Origin: Escherichia coli
GTDB taxonomy: Bacteria; Pseudomonadota; Gammaproteobacteria; Enterobacterales; Enterobacteriaceae
DNA length: 64,000 bases
Direction: 5' to 3' (one strand)
NCBI RefSeq assembly: GCF_003334335.1
Contig: NZ_QOWQ01000002.1
This document shows, piece after piece, positions 1-18,156 of this stretch. Both the position numbers and the translations under genes were made by a program. The notes under the pieces are model-generated. The model was not told the DNA's origin, searched no databases, and saw only the letters and a list, made by a program, of their open reading frames with translations. Each line of letters starts with the position of its first letter. The first letter of the stretch is position 1.

Positions 1-65
1 AGATATTCCATATCGTATAATGCGATTAAATACGCCGTCTTATAGAAAATGATGGTTAGATTAAT

Positions 66-3000
66 ATGCGGATTATCTTTCTACGCAAGGAGTATTTATC
101 TTTACTCCCGTCAATGATTGCATCTCTTTTCTCTGCTAACGGTGTCGCGGCGGTCACTGATTCATGCCAGGGATATGATGTCAAAGCGAGTTGTCAGGCC
201 AGCAGGCAAAGCCTTTCAGGCATTACGCAGGACTGGAGTATCGCTGATGGGCAATGGCTGGTTTTTTCGGATATGACCAATAACGCCAGCGGTGGGGCCG
301 TATTTTTGCAACAAGGAGCGGAATTTTCACTATTACCAGAAAATGAAACTGGAATGACTCTGTTTGCCAATAACACCGTTACAGGAGAATATAATAACGG
401 CGGGGCCATATTTGCTAAAGAAAACTCAACGCTGAATCTTACTGATGTTATTTTTTCCGGTAACGTCGCAGGCGGCTATGGTGGCGCAATCTATTCTTCT
501 GGTACTAACGATACTGGTGCCGTCGATTTACGTGTCACTAACGCCATGTTTCGCAATAACATCGCTAATGATGGCAAAGGTGGCGCAATTTATACCATTA
601 ATAATGACGTTTATTTAAGTGATGTTATTTTTGATAACAACCAGGCATATACATCAACAAGTTACAGTGATGGCGATGGCGGGGCAATCGATGTTACCGA
701 TAATAATAGCGACAGCAAGCATCCTTCAGGTTATACGATAGTAAATAACACTGCCTTTACAAATAACACTGCCGAAGGTTATGGCGGGGCGATATATACC
801 AATAGCGTGACGGCTCCCTATCTTATTGATATTTCTGTTGATGACAGCTACAGCCAGAACGGAGGCGTGTTAGTCGATGAGAACAATAGCGCAGCAGGCT
901 ATGGAGATGGTCCTTCCTCTGCGGCGGGTGGCTTTATGTATCTCGGCTTAAGTGAAGTTACCTTTGATATTGCCGACGGAAAAACGCTGGTTATTGGCAA
1001 TACAGAGAATGACGGAGCTGTTGACTCTATTGCTGGTACCGGGTTAATCACCAAAACAGGTTCCGGCGATCTGGTACTTAATGCAGATAACAATGACTTT
1101 ACTGGTGAGATGCAGATTGAAAACGGTGAAGTTACCCTGGGCCGCAGCAACTCCCTGATGAATGTCGGCGATACGCATTGCCAGGACGATCCGCAAGACT
1201 GCTACGGTCTGACGATAGGGAGTATTGATCAGTATCAGAATCAGGCTGAGCTAAACGTTGGCTCGACCCAACAAACTTTTGTGCACGCATTGACGGGCTT
1301 TCAGAATGGCACTTTAAATATCGATGCTGGTGGCAACGTTACTGTTAATCAGGGCAGTTTTGCTGGCATCATCGAAGGTGCTGGTCAGCTCACCATTGCG
1401 CAAAACGGCAGCTACGTGCTGGCAGGGGCGCAGTCGATGGCGCTAACCGGCGATATAGTCGTTGATGATGGTGCGGTGCTTTCGCTGGAAGGCGACGCGG
1501 CAGATCTTACCGCTCTCCAGGACGATCCGCAGTCGATCGTGTTAAACGGCGGTGTGCTCGATCTCTCTGATTTCTCCACCTGGCAGAGCGGCACATCATA
1601 CAACGATGGCCTTGAAGTCAGTGGCAGCAGCGGAACGGTTATCGGCAGTCAGGATGTGGTAGATCTTGCAGGTGGCGACAATTTGCATATCGGCGGCGAC
1701 GGGAAAGATGGCGTCTACGTGGTGGTCGATGCGAGCGACGGGCAGGTAAGTCTGGCAAACAATAATAGTTATTTGGGCACAACACAAATCGCCTCCGGTA
1801 CGCTGATGGTGAGCGACAACTCGCAGCTTGGAGATACCCACTATAACCGCCAGGTTATCTTTACCGATAAGCAACAAGAAAGCGTGATGGAGATTACCTC
1901 CGACGTTGACACGCGTTCAGATGCGGCAGGCCACGGACGTGATATTGAAATGCGCGCCGACGGTGAAGTGGCAGTTGATGCGGGGGTAGACACGCAGTGG
2001 GGCGCACTGATGGCTGACAGCAGCGGGCAGCATCAGGATGAGGGTAGCACATTGACTAAAACGGGGGCTGGTACACTGGAGCTGACCGCCAGCGGTACAA
2101 CGCAGTCGGCGGTACGTGTCGAAGAAGGCACCCTGAAAGGTGATGTTGCTGATATCCTTCCTTATGCTTCGTCACTGTGGGTTGGTGATGGGGCAACGTT
2201 CGTTACTGGCGCGGATCAGGATATTCAGTCAATTGATGCTATTTCCAGCGGCACTATCGACATCAGCGATGGTACGGTTTTGCGCCTGACCGGGCAGGAT
2301 ACTTCCGTCGCCCTTAATGCCTCACTATTTAACGGCGATGGGACGCTGGTGAATGCCACCGATGGTGTGACGTTGACAGGTGAGCTTAATACCAACCTTG
2401 AAACTGACAGCCTGACTTATCTTTCCAACGTGACGGTTAATGGCAATCTGACCAATACGTCCGGTGCGGTTAGCCTGCAAAATGGCGTCGCTGGCGATAC
2501 GCTGACGGTAAACGGTGATTATACCGGCGGCGGTACGCTACTGCTCGATAGCGAATTAAACGGCGATGACTCGGTAAGCGATCAATTGGTGATGAACGGT
2601 AATACTGCTGGCAACACAACTGTGGTGGTTAACTCCATTACAGGGATTGGTGAGCCGACATCGACAGGCATTAAAGTGGTTGATTTCGCAGCTGATCCCA
2701 CGCAGTTTCAAAACAATGCGCAGTTCAGTCTGGCAGGCAGCGGCTACGTCAATATGGGAGCGTATGACTACACGCTGGTGGAAGATAACAACGACTGGTA
2801 TCTGCGATCGCAAGAAGTAACGCCGCCATCGCCACCTGATCCAGACCCGACTCCCGATCCTGATCCCACGCCGGATCCTGATCCAACACCCGACCCGGAA
2901 CCTACGCCTGCTTACCAGCCGGTGTTGAATGCCAAAGTTGGCGGTTATCTCAATAACCTGCGGGCGGCAAATCAGGCGTTTATGATGGAGCGACGCGATC

Positions 3001-3818
3001 ACGCAGGTGGCGATGGTCAGACGCTGAATTTACGTGTTATCGGCGGAGATTATCATTACACAGCAGCGGGGCAACTGGCTCAACATGAAGACACTTCTAC
3101 GGTGCAACTTAGCGGCGATCTGTTTAGCGGGCGCTGGGGCACGGATGGCGAGTGGATGCTTGGGATTGTTGGTGGCTACAGCGATAACCAGGGCGACAGC
3201 CGCTCGAATATGACCGGAACTCGCGCCGATAACCAGAACCACGGTTATGCCGTTGGGCTGACATCAAGCTGGTTTCAGCACGGTAATCAGAAGCAAGGGG
3301 CCTGGCTGGATAGCTGGCTGCAATACGCGTGGTTTAGCAATGATGTTTCCGAACAAGAAGATGGCACAGATCATTACCACTCGTCGGGGATTATCGCCTC
3401 GCTGGAGGCGGGGTATCAGTGGTTACCGGGGCGTGGTGTGGTGATTGAACCGCAGGCGCAGGTGATTTATCAGGGCGTGCAGCAGGATGATTTTACCGCC
3501 GCTAACCGTGCGCGCGTGTCACAATCGCAGGGTGATGATATTCAGACGCGGCTGGGTTTACACAGCGAATGGCGTACCGCTGTTCATGTCATACCAACAT
3601 TAGATCTGAATTATTATCACGATCCCCATTCGACGGAAATTGAAGAGGATGGCAGCACTATCAGTGACGATGCGGTGAAGCAACGGGGTGAAATAAAAGT
3701 GGGAGTCACGGGCAATATCAGTCAGCGAGTGTCCCTGCGCGGCAGCGTGGCGTGGCAGAAAGGGAGTGATGATTTTGCCCAGACGGCAGGGTTTTTGTCG
3801 ATGACGGTGAAATGGTAA
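66..3818 (+). CDS. yfaL: Autotransporter adhesin (type Va), 1250 aa; signal peptide, Asn/Gly-rich beta-helical passenger, Pro/Asp/Thr linker, C-terminal beta-barrel ending in W
   Basis: Full-length ORF in track; architecture and sequence recognised as E. coli YfaL; synteny next to ubiG-gyrA. Confidence 0.9.
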   Translation: MRIIFLRKEYLSLLPSMIASLFSANGVAAVTDSCQGYDVKASCQASRQSLSGITQDWSIADGQWLVFSDMTNNASGGAVFLQQGAEFSLLPENETGMTLFANNTVTGEYNNGGAIFAKENSTLNLTDVIFSGNVAGGYGGAIYSSGTNDTGAVDLRVTNAMFRNNIANDGKGGAIYTINNDVYLSDVIFDNNQAYTSTSYSDGDGGAIDVTDNNSDSKHPSGYTIVNNTAFTNNTAEGYGGAIYTNSVTAPYLIDISVDDSYSQNGGVLVDENNSAAGYGDGPSSAAGGFMYLGLSEVTFDIADGKTLVIGNTENDGAVDSIAGTGLITKTGSGDLVLNADNNDFTGEMQIENGEVTLGRSNSLMNVGDTHCQDDPQDCYGLTIGSIDQYQNQAELNVGSTQQTFVHALTGFQNGTLNIDAGGNVTVNQGSFAGIIEGAGQLTIAQNGSYVLAGAQSMALTGDIVVDDGAVLSLEGDAADLTALQDDPQSIVLNGGVLDLSDFSTWQSGTSYNDGLEVSGSSGTVIGSQDVVDLAGGDNLHIGGDGKDGVYVVVDASDGQVSLANNNSYLGTTQIASGTLMVSDNSQLGDTHYNRQVIFTDKQQESVMEITSDVDTRSDAAGHGRDIEMRADGEVAVDAGVDTQWGALMADSSGQHQDEGSTLTKTGAGTLELTASGTTQSAVRVEEGTLKGDVADILPYASSLWVGDGATFVTGADQDIQSIDAISSGTIDISDGTVLRLTGQDTSVALNASLFNGDGTLVNATDGVTLTGELNTNLETDSLTYLSNVTVNGNLTNTSGAVSLQNGVAGDTLTVNGDYTGGGTLLLDSELNGDDSVSDQLVMNGNTAGNTTVVVNSITGIGEPTSTGIKVVDFAADPTQFQNNAQFSLAGSGYVNMGAYDYTLVEDNNDWYLRSQEVTPPSPPDPDPTPDPDPTPDPDPTPDPEPTPAYQPVLNAKVGGYLNNLRAANQAFMMERRDHAGGDGQTLNLRVIGGDYHYTAAGQLAQHEDTSTVQLSGDLFSGRWGTDGEWMLGIVGGYSDNQGDSRSNMTGTRADNQNHGYAVGLTSSWFQHGNQKQGAWLDSWLQYAWFSNDVSEQEDGTDHYHSSGIIASLEAGYQWLPGRGVVIEPQAQVIYQGVQQDDFTAANRARVSQSQGDDIQTRLGLHSEWRTAVHVIPTLDLNYYHDPHSTEIEEDGSTISDDAVKQRGEIKVGVTGNISQRVSLRGSVAWQKGSDDFAQTAGFLSMTVKW

Positions 3819-3840
3819 TCACTGTCTAGTCGGCACGGTT

Positions 3841-3923
<83 letters not shown>

Positions 3924-3945
3924 TTGGCGCGGCCAAACATCAACC

Positions 3946-4668
3946 TCACTTATTCTGCGTGTGCAGCATATAGTTCACATCCACGCCGGGGCCGAGTTTA
4001 AAAGTATTAGTGATCGGGTTGTAATGCAGCCCAGTGATATGCCGCTCTTTTAAACTGGTCTGATCCACCCAGCCCAGCAATTCTGCCGGTTTAATAAACT
4101 TCTTCACATCATGCGTGCCTTTGGGCACCATGCGCAAAATATATTCCGCACCAACCACCGCCATCAGCCATGACTTGCCGTTGCGGTTAAGTGTCGAGAA
4201 AAAGACATCGCCGCCTGGTTTCACCAGTTGCGCACAGGCTCTGACCACTGACTGCGGATCGGGGACGTGCTCCAGCATCTCCATGCAGGTCACCACATCA
4301 TACTGCCCGGCATGTTTTGCCGCGTGCTCTTCCACGGTTTCCTGCACGTAATCCACCTGAATGCCGCTTTCCAGTGCGTGCAGTTTTGCCACCTGCAATG
4401 GCTCAAAGCCCATATCCAGACCGGTCACCGTCGCGCCTTCGCGCGCCATACTCTCGGCCAGAATGCCGCCGCCACAACCGACATCGAGCACCTTTTTGCC
4501 AAATAAACCGCCAGCACGCTCGGCAATATAGCCCAGACGCAGCGGGTTAATGCGGTGCAGCGGTTTGAACTCACCTTCCAGATCCCACCAGCGGGAGGCG
4601 ACGGCTTCAAATTTAGCGATCTCTTCGTGGTCTACGTTATGGTTTACCGGCGATTTTTCGGCATTCAT
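3946..4668 (-). CDS. ubiG: Ubiquinone biosynthesis O-methyltransferase, 240 aa
   Basis: Track ORF 3946..4716 trimmed to the internal Met ([11 protein letters not shown]...) matching known UbiG N-terminus; SAM-binding motif VLDVGCGGG present. Confidence 0.92.
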
Positions 4669-4761
4669 TGGCACTTCTACTCCGTAATTGGCAAGACAAA
4701 CGAGTATATCAGGCATTGGATGTGAATAAAGCGTATAGGTTTACCTCAAACTGCGCGGCTG

Positions 4762-4770
4762 TGTTATAAT
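4762..4770 (+). promoter_or_regulatory. Candidate extended -10 promoter element (TGtTATAAT) for gyrA
   Basis: tgttataat about 45 bp upstream of the gyrA ATG; TSS not determinable from sequence. Confidence 0.5.
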
Positions 4771-4814
4771 TTGCGACCTTTGAATCCGGGATACAGTAGA
4801 GGGATAGCGGTTAG

Positions 4815-7442
4815 ATGAGCGACCTTGCGAGAGAAATTACACCGGTCAACATTGAGGAAGAGCTGAAGAGCTCCTATCTGGATTATGCGATGTCGGTCAT
4901 TGTTGGCCGTGCGCTGCCAGATGTCCGAGATGGCCTGAAGCCGGTACACCGTCGCGTACTTTACGCCATGAACGTACTAGGCAATGACTGGAACAAAGCC
5001 TATAAAAAATCTGCCCGTGTCGTTGGTGACGTAATCGGTAAATACCATCCCCATGGTGACTCGGCGGTCTATGACACGATCGTCCGCATGGCGCAGCCAT
5101 TCTCGCTGCGTTATATGCTGGTAGACGGTCAGGGTAACTTCGGTTCTATCGACGGCGACTCTGCGGCGGCAATGCGTTATACGGAAATCCGTCTGGCGAA
5201 AATTGCCCATGAACTGATGGCCGATCTCGAAAAAGAGACGGTCGATTTCGTTGATAACTATGACGGCACGGAAAAAATTCCGGACGTCATGCCAACCAAA
5301 ATTCCTAACCTGCTGGTGAACGGTTCTTCCGGTATCGCCGTAGGTATGGCAACCAACATCCCGCCGCACAACCTGACGGAAGTCATCAACGGTTGTCTGG
5401 CGTATATTGATGATGAAGACATCAGCATTGAAGGGCTGATGGAACACATCCCGGGGCCGGACTTCCCGACGGCGGCAATCATTAACGGTCGTCGCGGTAT
5501 TGAAGAAGCTTACCGTACCGGTCGCGGCAAGGTGTATATCCGCGCTCGCGCAGAAGTGGAAGTTGACGCCAAAACCGGTCGTGAAACCATTATCGTCCAC
5601 GAAATTCCGTATCAGGTAAACAAAGCGCGCCTGATCGAGAAGATTGCGGAACTGGTAAAAGAAAAACGCGTGGAAGGCATCAGCGCGCTGCGTGACGAGT
5701 CTGACAAAGACGGTATGCGCATCGTGATTGAAGTGAAACGCGATGCGGTCGGTGAAGTTGTGCTCAACAACCTCTACTCCCAGACCCAGTTGCAGGTTTC
5801 TTTCGGTATCAACATGGTGGCATTGCACCATGGTCAGCCGAAGATCATGAACCTGAAAGACATCATCGCGGCGTTTGTTCGTCACCGCCGTGAAGTGGTG
5901 ACCCGTCGTACTATTTTCGAACTGCGTAAAGCTCGCGATCGTGCTCATATCCTTGAAGCATTAGCCGTGGCGCTGGCGAACATCGACCCGATCATCGAAC
6001 TGATCCGTCATGCGCCGACGCCTGCAGAAGCGAAAACTGCGCTGGTTGCTAATCCGTGGCAGCTGGGCAACGTTGCCGCGATGCTCGAACGTGCTGGCGA
6101 CGATGCTGCGCGTCCGGAATGGCTGGAGCCAGAGTTCGGCGTGCGTGATGGTCTGTACTACCTGACCGAACAGCAAGCTCAGGCGATTCTGGATCTGCGT
6201 TTGCAGAAACTGACCGGTCTTGAGCACGAAAAACTGCTCGACGAATACAAAGAGCTGCTGGATCAGATCGCGGAACTGTTGCGTATTCTTGGTAGCGCCG
6301 ATCGTCTGATGGAAGTGATCCGTGAAGAGCTGGAGCTGGTTCGTGAACAGTTCGGTGACAAACGTCGTACTGAAATCACCGCCAACAGCGCAGACATCAA
6401 CCTGGAAGATCTGATCACCCAGGAAGATGTGGTCGTGACGCTCTCTCACCAGGGCTACGTTAAGTATCAGCCGCTTTCTGAATACGAAGCGCAGCGTCGT
6501 GGCGGGAAAGGTAAATCTGCCGCACGTATTAAAGAAGAAGACTTTATCGACCGACTGCTGGTGGCGAACACTCACGACCATATTCTGTGCTTCTCCAGCC
6601 GTGGTCGCGTCTATTCGATGAAAGTTTATCAGTTGCCGGAAGCCACTCGTGGCGCGCGCGGTCGTCCGATCGTCAACCTGCTGCCGCTGGAGCAGGACGA
6701 ACGTATCACTGCGATCCTGCCAGTGACCGAGTTTGAAGAAGGCGTGAAAGTCTTCATGGCGACCGCTAACGGTACCGTGAAGAAAACTGTCCTCACCGAG
6801 TTCAACCGTCTGCGTACCGCCGGTAAAGTGGCGATCAAACTGGTTGACGGCGATGAGCTGATCGGCGTTGACCTGACCAGCGGCGAAGACGAAGTAATGC
6901 TGTTCTCCGCTGAAGGTAAAGTGGTGCGCTTTAAAGAGTCTTCTGTCCGTGCGATGGGCTGCAACACCACCGGTGTTCGCGGTATTCGCTTAGGTGAAGG
7001 CGATAAAGTCGTCTCTCTGATCGTGCCTCGTGGCGATGGCGCAATCCTCACCGCAACGCAAAACGGTTACGGTAAACGTACCGCAGTGGCGGAATACCCA
7101 ACCAAGTCGCGTGCGACGAAAGGGGTTATCTCCATCAAGGTTACCGAACGTAACGGTTTAGTTGTTGGCGCGGTACAGGTAGATGACTGCGACCAGATCA
7201 TGATGATCACCGATGCCGGTACGCTGGTACGTACTCGCGTTTCGGAAATCAGCATCGTGGGCCGTAACACCCAGGGCGTGATCCTCATCCGTACTGCGGA
7301 AGATGAAAACGTAGTGGGTCTGCAACGTGTTGCTGAACCGGTTGACGAGGAAGATCTGGATACCATCGACGGCAGTGCCGCGGAAGGGGACGATGAAATC
7401 GCTCCGGAAGTGGACGTTGACGACGAGCCAGAAGAAGAATAA
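4815..7442 (+). CDS. gyrA: DNA gyrase subunit A, 875 aa; QRDR wild-type (Ser83 TCG at 5061-5063, Asp87 GAC at 5073-5075); acidic C-terminal tail
   Basis: Full ORF; active-site and QRDR stretch [17 protein letters not shown] read directly from translation. Confidence 0.97.
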
Positions 7443-7590
7443 TTTTACTTCTTCATGCCAAAAGGGAGCTATCTCCCTTGTTTGAATTGAAAAGTCCAGG
7501 CTGCAAAGTCTGGGCTTTTGTCGTATTAGGGCACGGTAAAGTTTGGCTGTGCCCGTAAAAAATGGCTGGCTATACACAAGGAATGTGGCA

Positions 7591-14437
<6,847 letters not shown>

Positions 14438-16087
14438 GTGAACTGGCGCAGAATCGTCTGGCTATTGGCGTTGGTTACTCTGCCAACACTTGCGGAGGAG
14501 ACGCCGTTACAACTGGTGCTGCGCGGTGCGCAGCACGATCAACTGTATCAGCTGTCGTCATCAGGCGTGACCAAAGTCTCAGCATTACCTGACTCGCTCA
14601 CCACGCCGTTAGGGAGTTTGTGGAAACTGTATGTTTACGCCTGGCTGGAGGATACCCATCAACCGGAGCAGCCCTACCAGTGTCGCGGAAACTCCCCGGA
14701 AGAGGTTTATTGTTGTCAGGCTGGGGAGAGCATAACGCGCGATACCGCGCTGGTACGTTCCTGTGGGCTCTATTTTGCGCCGCAGCGGTTGCATATTGGC
14801 GCAGATGTGTGGGGGCAATACTGGCAACAGCGTCAGGCACCTGCGTGGTTAGCGTCTCTGACTACGCTGAAGCCAGAAACCTCGGTAACGGTTAAATCGC
14901 TGCTTGATTCATTAGCGACGTTACCCGCGCAAAACAAAGCTCAGGAAGTCTTACTGGATGTGGTGCTGGACGAGGCGAAAATCGGTGTCGCATCCATGCT
15001 CGGTAGTCGGGTACGGGTGAAAACCTGGAGCTGGTTTGCCGATGATAAACAGGAAATCCGTCAGGGTGGTTTTGCTGGCTGGTTAACCGATGGTACACCG
15101 CTGTGGGTTACTGGCAGTGGCACCAGCAAAACGGTACTAACCCGTTATGCGACGGTGCTTAATCGGGTTTTGCCAGTGCCGACGCAGGTTGCCAGTGGGC
15201 AATGTGTAGAGGTGGAGCTGTTTGCCCGCTATCCGCTGAAGAAAATCACAGCGGAAAAGAGTACGACGGCAGTAAATCCCGGCGTACTTAATGGGCGCTA
15301 TCGTGTGACGTTTACTAATGGTAACCACATTACGTTTGTCAGCCACGGTGAGACGACCTTACTGAGCGAAAAGGGCAAACTGAAATTGCAGTCGCATCTC
15401 GATCGTGAAGAGTACGTTGCCAGAGTTCTGGATCGCGAGGCGAAAAGTACGCCCCCTGAGGCAGCGAAAGCCATGACCGTGGCGATTCGCACTTTTTTAC
15501 AGCAAAACGCCAATCGGGAAGGCGATTGCCTGACCATCCCCGACAGCAGCGCCACGCAGCGTGTTTCTGCTTCGCCAGCGACCACGGGGGCGCGAACGAT
15601 GACCGCCTGGACGCAGGATCTCATCTATGCAGGCGATCCGGTTCATTATCATGGCAGTCGCGCTACCGAAGGGACACTTTTCTGGCGGCAAGCCACGGCC
15701 CAGGCGGGGCAGGGAGAGCGTTACGATCAGATACTCGCGTTTGCTTATCCCGACAACAGTCTTAGCCGCTGGGGAGCGCCACGCTCAACCTGCCAGTTAT
15801 TACCCAAAGCGAAAGCCTGGCTGGCGAAAAAAATGCCGCAGTGGCGGCGTATATTACAAGCTGAGACGGGGTACAACGAACCAGACGTGTTTGCGGTTTG
15901 CCGTTTAGTCTCAGGTTTCCCCTATACCGATCGGCAGCAGAAACGGCTGTTTATTCGTAACTTCTTTACGCTTCAGGATCGGCTGGATTTAACCCATGAG
16001 TATCTGCACCTGGCCTTTGATGGTTATCCCACCGGGCTTGATGAGAACTATATCGAAACGCTGACCCGACAATTATTAATGGACTAA
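14438..16087 (+). CDS. yfaQ: DUF2300-family secreted protein, 549 aa
   Basis: GTG start directly abutting the yfaS TAA stop; signal peptide MNWRRIVWLLALVTLPTLA. Confidence 0.8.
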   Translation: MNWRRIVWLLALVTLPTLAEETPLQLVLRGAQHDQLYQLSSSGVTKVSALPDSLTTPLGSLWKLYVYAWLEDTHQPEQPYQCRGNSPEEVYCCQAGESITRDTALVRSCGLYFAPQRLHIGADVWGQYWQQRQAPAWLASLTTLKPETSVTVKSLLDSLATLPAQNKAQEVLLDVVLDEAKIGVASMLGSRVRVKTWSWFADDKQEIRQGGFAGWLTDGTPLWVTGSGTSKTVLTRYATVLNRVLPVPTQVASGQCVEVELFARYPLKKITAEKSTTAVNPGVLNGRYRVTFTNGNHITFVSHGETTLLSEKGKLKLQSHLDREEYVARVLDREAKSTPPEAAKAMTVAIRTFLQQNANREGDCLTIPDSSATQRVSASPATTGARTMTAWTQDLIYAGDPVHYHGSRATEGTLFWRQATAQAGQGERYDQILAFAYPDNSLSRWGAPRSTCQLLPKAKAWLAKKMPQWRRILQAETGYNEPDVFAVCRLVSGFPYTDRQQKRLFIRNFFTLQDRLDLTHEYLHLAFDGYPTGLDENYIETLTRQLLMD

Positions 16088-16091
16088 TGCT

Positions 16092-16868
16092 ATGCGAAAG
16101 ATTTTTCTTCCGTTGTTACTGGTGGCGCTTTCGCCTGTCGCTCACAGTGAAGGTGTGCAGGAAGTCGAGATTGATGCACCGCTCTCAGGCTGGCATCCGG
16201 CAGAGGGCGAAGATGCCAGTTTTTCACAATCGATCAATTACCCGGCGTCGTCCGTCAACATGGCAGATGATCAAAATATCTCAGCGCAGATCCGCGGCAA
16301 AATAAAGAATTATGCTGCGGCGGGTAAAGTTCAGCAGGGCCGGCTGGTGGTCAACGGTGCCAGTATGCCGCAGAGAATTGAATCCGATGGTTCATTTGCA
16401 CGCCCTTATATTTTCACTGAAGGCAGCAACAGCGTGCAGGTCATCAGCCCGGATGGGCAAAGCCGACAAAAAATGCAGTTTTACTCAACGCCGGGTACAG
16501 GAACGATTCGTGCACGTTTACGGCTGGTTCTCTCGTGGGATACGGACAATACCGACCTCGACCTTCACGTTGTTACGCCCGATGGCGAACACGCCTGGTA
16601 CGGTAACACCGTGCTGAAAAACAGTGGTGCACTGGATATGGATGTCACGACGGGGTACGGACCCGAGATTTTCGCCATGCCCGCGCCAATTCACGGGCGC
16701 TATCAGGTGTATATCAACTACTATGGTGGGCGCAGCGAAACGGAATTAACCACCGCCCAACTGACGCTGATCACCGATGAAGGATCGGTCAATGAGAAAC
16801 AGGAAACATTTATTGTACCGATGCGTAATGCTGGCGAGCTGACGCTGGTGAAAAGTTTTGACTGGTGA
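16092..16868 (+). CDS. yfaP: DUF2135-family secreted protein, 258 aa
   Basis: ORF begins 4 nt after the yfaQ stop; signal peptide MRKIFLPLLLVALSPVAHS. Confidence 0.85.
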   Translation: MRKIFLPLLLVALSPVAHSEGVQEVEIDAPLSGWHPAEGEDASFSQSINYPASSVNMADDQNISAQIRGKIKNYAAAGKVQQGRLVVNGASMPQRIESDGSFARPYIFTEGSNSVQVISPDGQSRQKMQFYSTPGTGTIRARLRLVLSWDTDNTDLDLHVVTPDGEHAWYGNTVLKNSGALDMDVTTGYGPEIFAMPAPIHGRYQVYINYYGGRSETELTTAQLTLITDEGSVNEKQETFIVPMRNAGELTLVKSFDW

Positions 16869-16900
16869 TTAATGGGGTTACCTTCGCCGTCGATGTTCAA

Positions 16901-16938
16901 GAAAACACCCGATAACTTTCGCTATCGGGTGTTTTTAT
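16901..16938. terminator. Bidirectional rho-independent terminator between convergent yfaP and atoB
   Basis: aaaacacccgata...tatcgggtgttttt: GC-rich stem with an A-run upstream and a T-run downstream. Confidence 0.8.
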
Positions 16939-16941
16939 TGA

Positions 16942-18126
16942 TTAATTCAACCGTTCAATCACCATCGCAATTCCCTGACCGCCGCCAATGCACAGTGTTG
17001 CCAGCCCCAGCGTTTTATCGCGTGCCTGCATGGCATGTAATAGTGTGACCAGAATACGAGCACCACTGGCACCGATAGGATGCCCGAGCGCGATGGCCCC
17101 GCCGTTGACATTCACTTTCTCAGAATCAAAGCCCAGGTTTTTCCCAACGGCAAGGAACTGTGCAGCAAATGCTTCATTAGCCTCAATGAGATCAATATCC
17201 GCCAGTTGCAGCCCCGCCAGTTGTAACGCTTTTTGCGTGGCAGGTACTGGCCCCATACCCATCAATGCGGGGGGCACGCCACCGCTGGCATAACTTTTAA
17301 TGCGAGCCAGGGGGGTAAGGCCTGCTGCCAGCGCCGCAGATTCTTCCATAATCACCAGAGCGGCAGCACCGTCGTTAATACCAGACGCGTTCCCAGCGGT
17401 GACTGTTCCTGCTTTATCGAAGGCCGGGCGCAATGCACCTAACGCTTCAGCCGTTGAATTCGCTTTCGGGAATTCGTCTTGACTGAAGACGAAGGTTTTC
17501 TTTCGAGTGACAACATTTACCGGGACGATTTCGGCTGTAAAAGCACCGGACTCAATTGCGGCTGCCGCTTTACGCTGTGAATGTAGCGCCAGTTCATCCT
17601 GCATTTCACGGGTAATTCCGTACTCTTTAGCCACGTTTTCGGCGGTAATCCCCATATGATAACCATGGGTGGCGCACATCAGGCCATCGCGCAGGATTAC
17701 GTCATAAACCTGTCCGTCTCCAAGACGATAACCAGAGCGTGCTTTTGCATCGAGTAAGTAGGGGGCTAAACTCATATTTTCCATACCCCCCGCCACAATG
17801 CTCTGCGCCTGACCTGCCTGAATGGCCTGGGCGGCAAGCGCCACACTTTTAAGACCCGAACCACATACTTTATTGACCGTGAATCCGCACACCGTTTCTG
17901 CCAGCCCGCTTTTTAACAGTGCCTGACGCGCCGGATTTTGCCCCAGCCCGGCTTGTAACACGTTACCCATAATCACTTCATCAACGTGTTGTGAATCGAT
18001 TTTTGCACGTTCAATGGCGGCTTTAATTACTGTCGCCCCCAGGTCGATGGCGCTGGTGGAAGCGAGTGAACCGTTAAAACTACCGATAGCAGTACGTACC
18101 GCACTGACGATGACACAATTTTTCAT
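16942..18126 (-). CDS. atoB: Acetyl-CoA acetyltransferase (thiolase II), 394 aa
   Basis: Full ORF; thiolase active-site motifs ([17 protein letters not shown]) visible. Confidence 0.95.
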   Translation of the reverse strand: MKNCVIVSAVRTAIGSFNGSLASTSAIDLGATVIKAAIERAKIDSQHVDEVIMGNVLQAGLGQNPARQALLKSGLAETVCGFTVNKVCGSGLKSVALAAQAIQAGQAQSIVAGGMENMSLAPYLLDAKARSGYRLGDGQVYDVILRDGLMCATHGYHMGITAENVAKEYGITREMQDELALHSQRKAAAAIESGAFTAEIVPVNVVTRKKTFVFSQDEFPKANSTAEALGALRPAFDKAGTVTAGNASGINDGAAALVIMEESAALAAGLTPLARIKSYASGGVPPALMGMGPVPATQKALQLAGLQLADIDLIEANEAFAAQFLAVGKNLGFDSEKVNVNGGAIALGHPIGASGARILVTLLHAMQARDKTLGLATLCIGGGQGIAMVIERLN

Positions 18127-18156
18127 TTTATATTCCTTCTGTTTGTAGGGGTGCCG

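Noticed and set aside
3946-4716. N-terminal extensions in the ORF track for ubiG, and likewise yfaA, yfaT, atoS, rcsB, eco, napB, ccmC, narP and rplY
   Set aside because: Track ORFs start at the first in-frame start codon; I trimmed to the internal start that matches the known protein N-terminus and has better SD spacing. The extensions would also create implausible overlaps (for example rcsB into rcsD, rplY into its promoter).
4977-6581. Long antisense ORFs (323 aa and 206 aa) inside gyrA
   Set aside because: Fully embedded opposite a strongly supported essential gene; no recognisable protein features.
7495-7520. Hairpin after gyrA (ccaggctgcaaagtctgggcttttgt) as a strong terminator
   Set aside because: The stem is only about 6 bp with a G-U wobble, so at best a weak terminator. 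Noted under the yfa operon finding rather than called as a feature.
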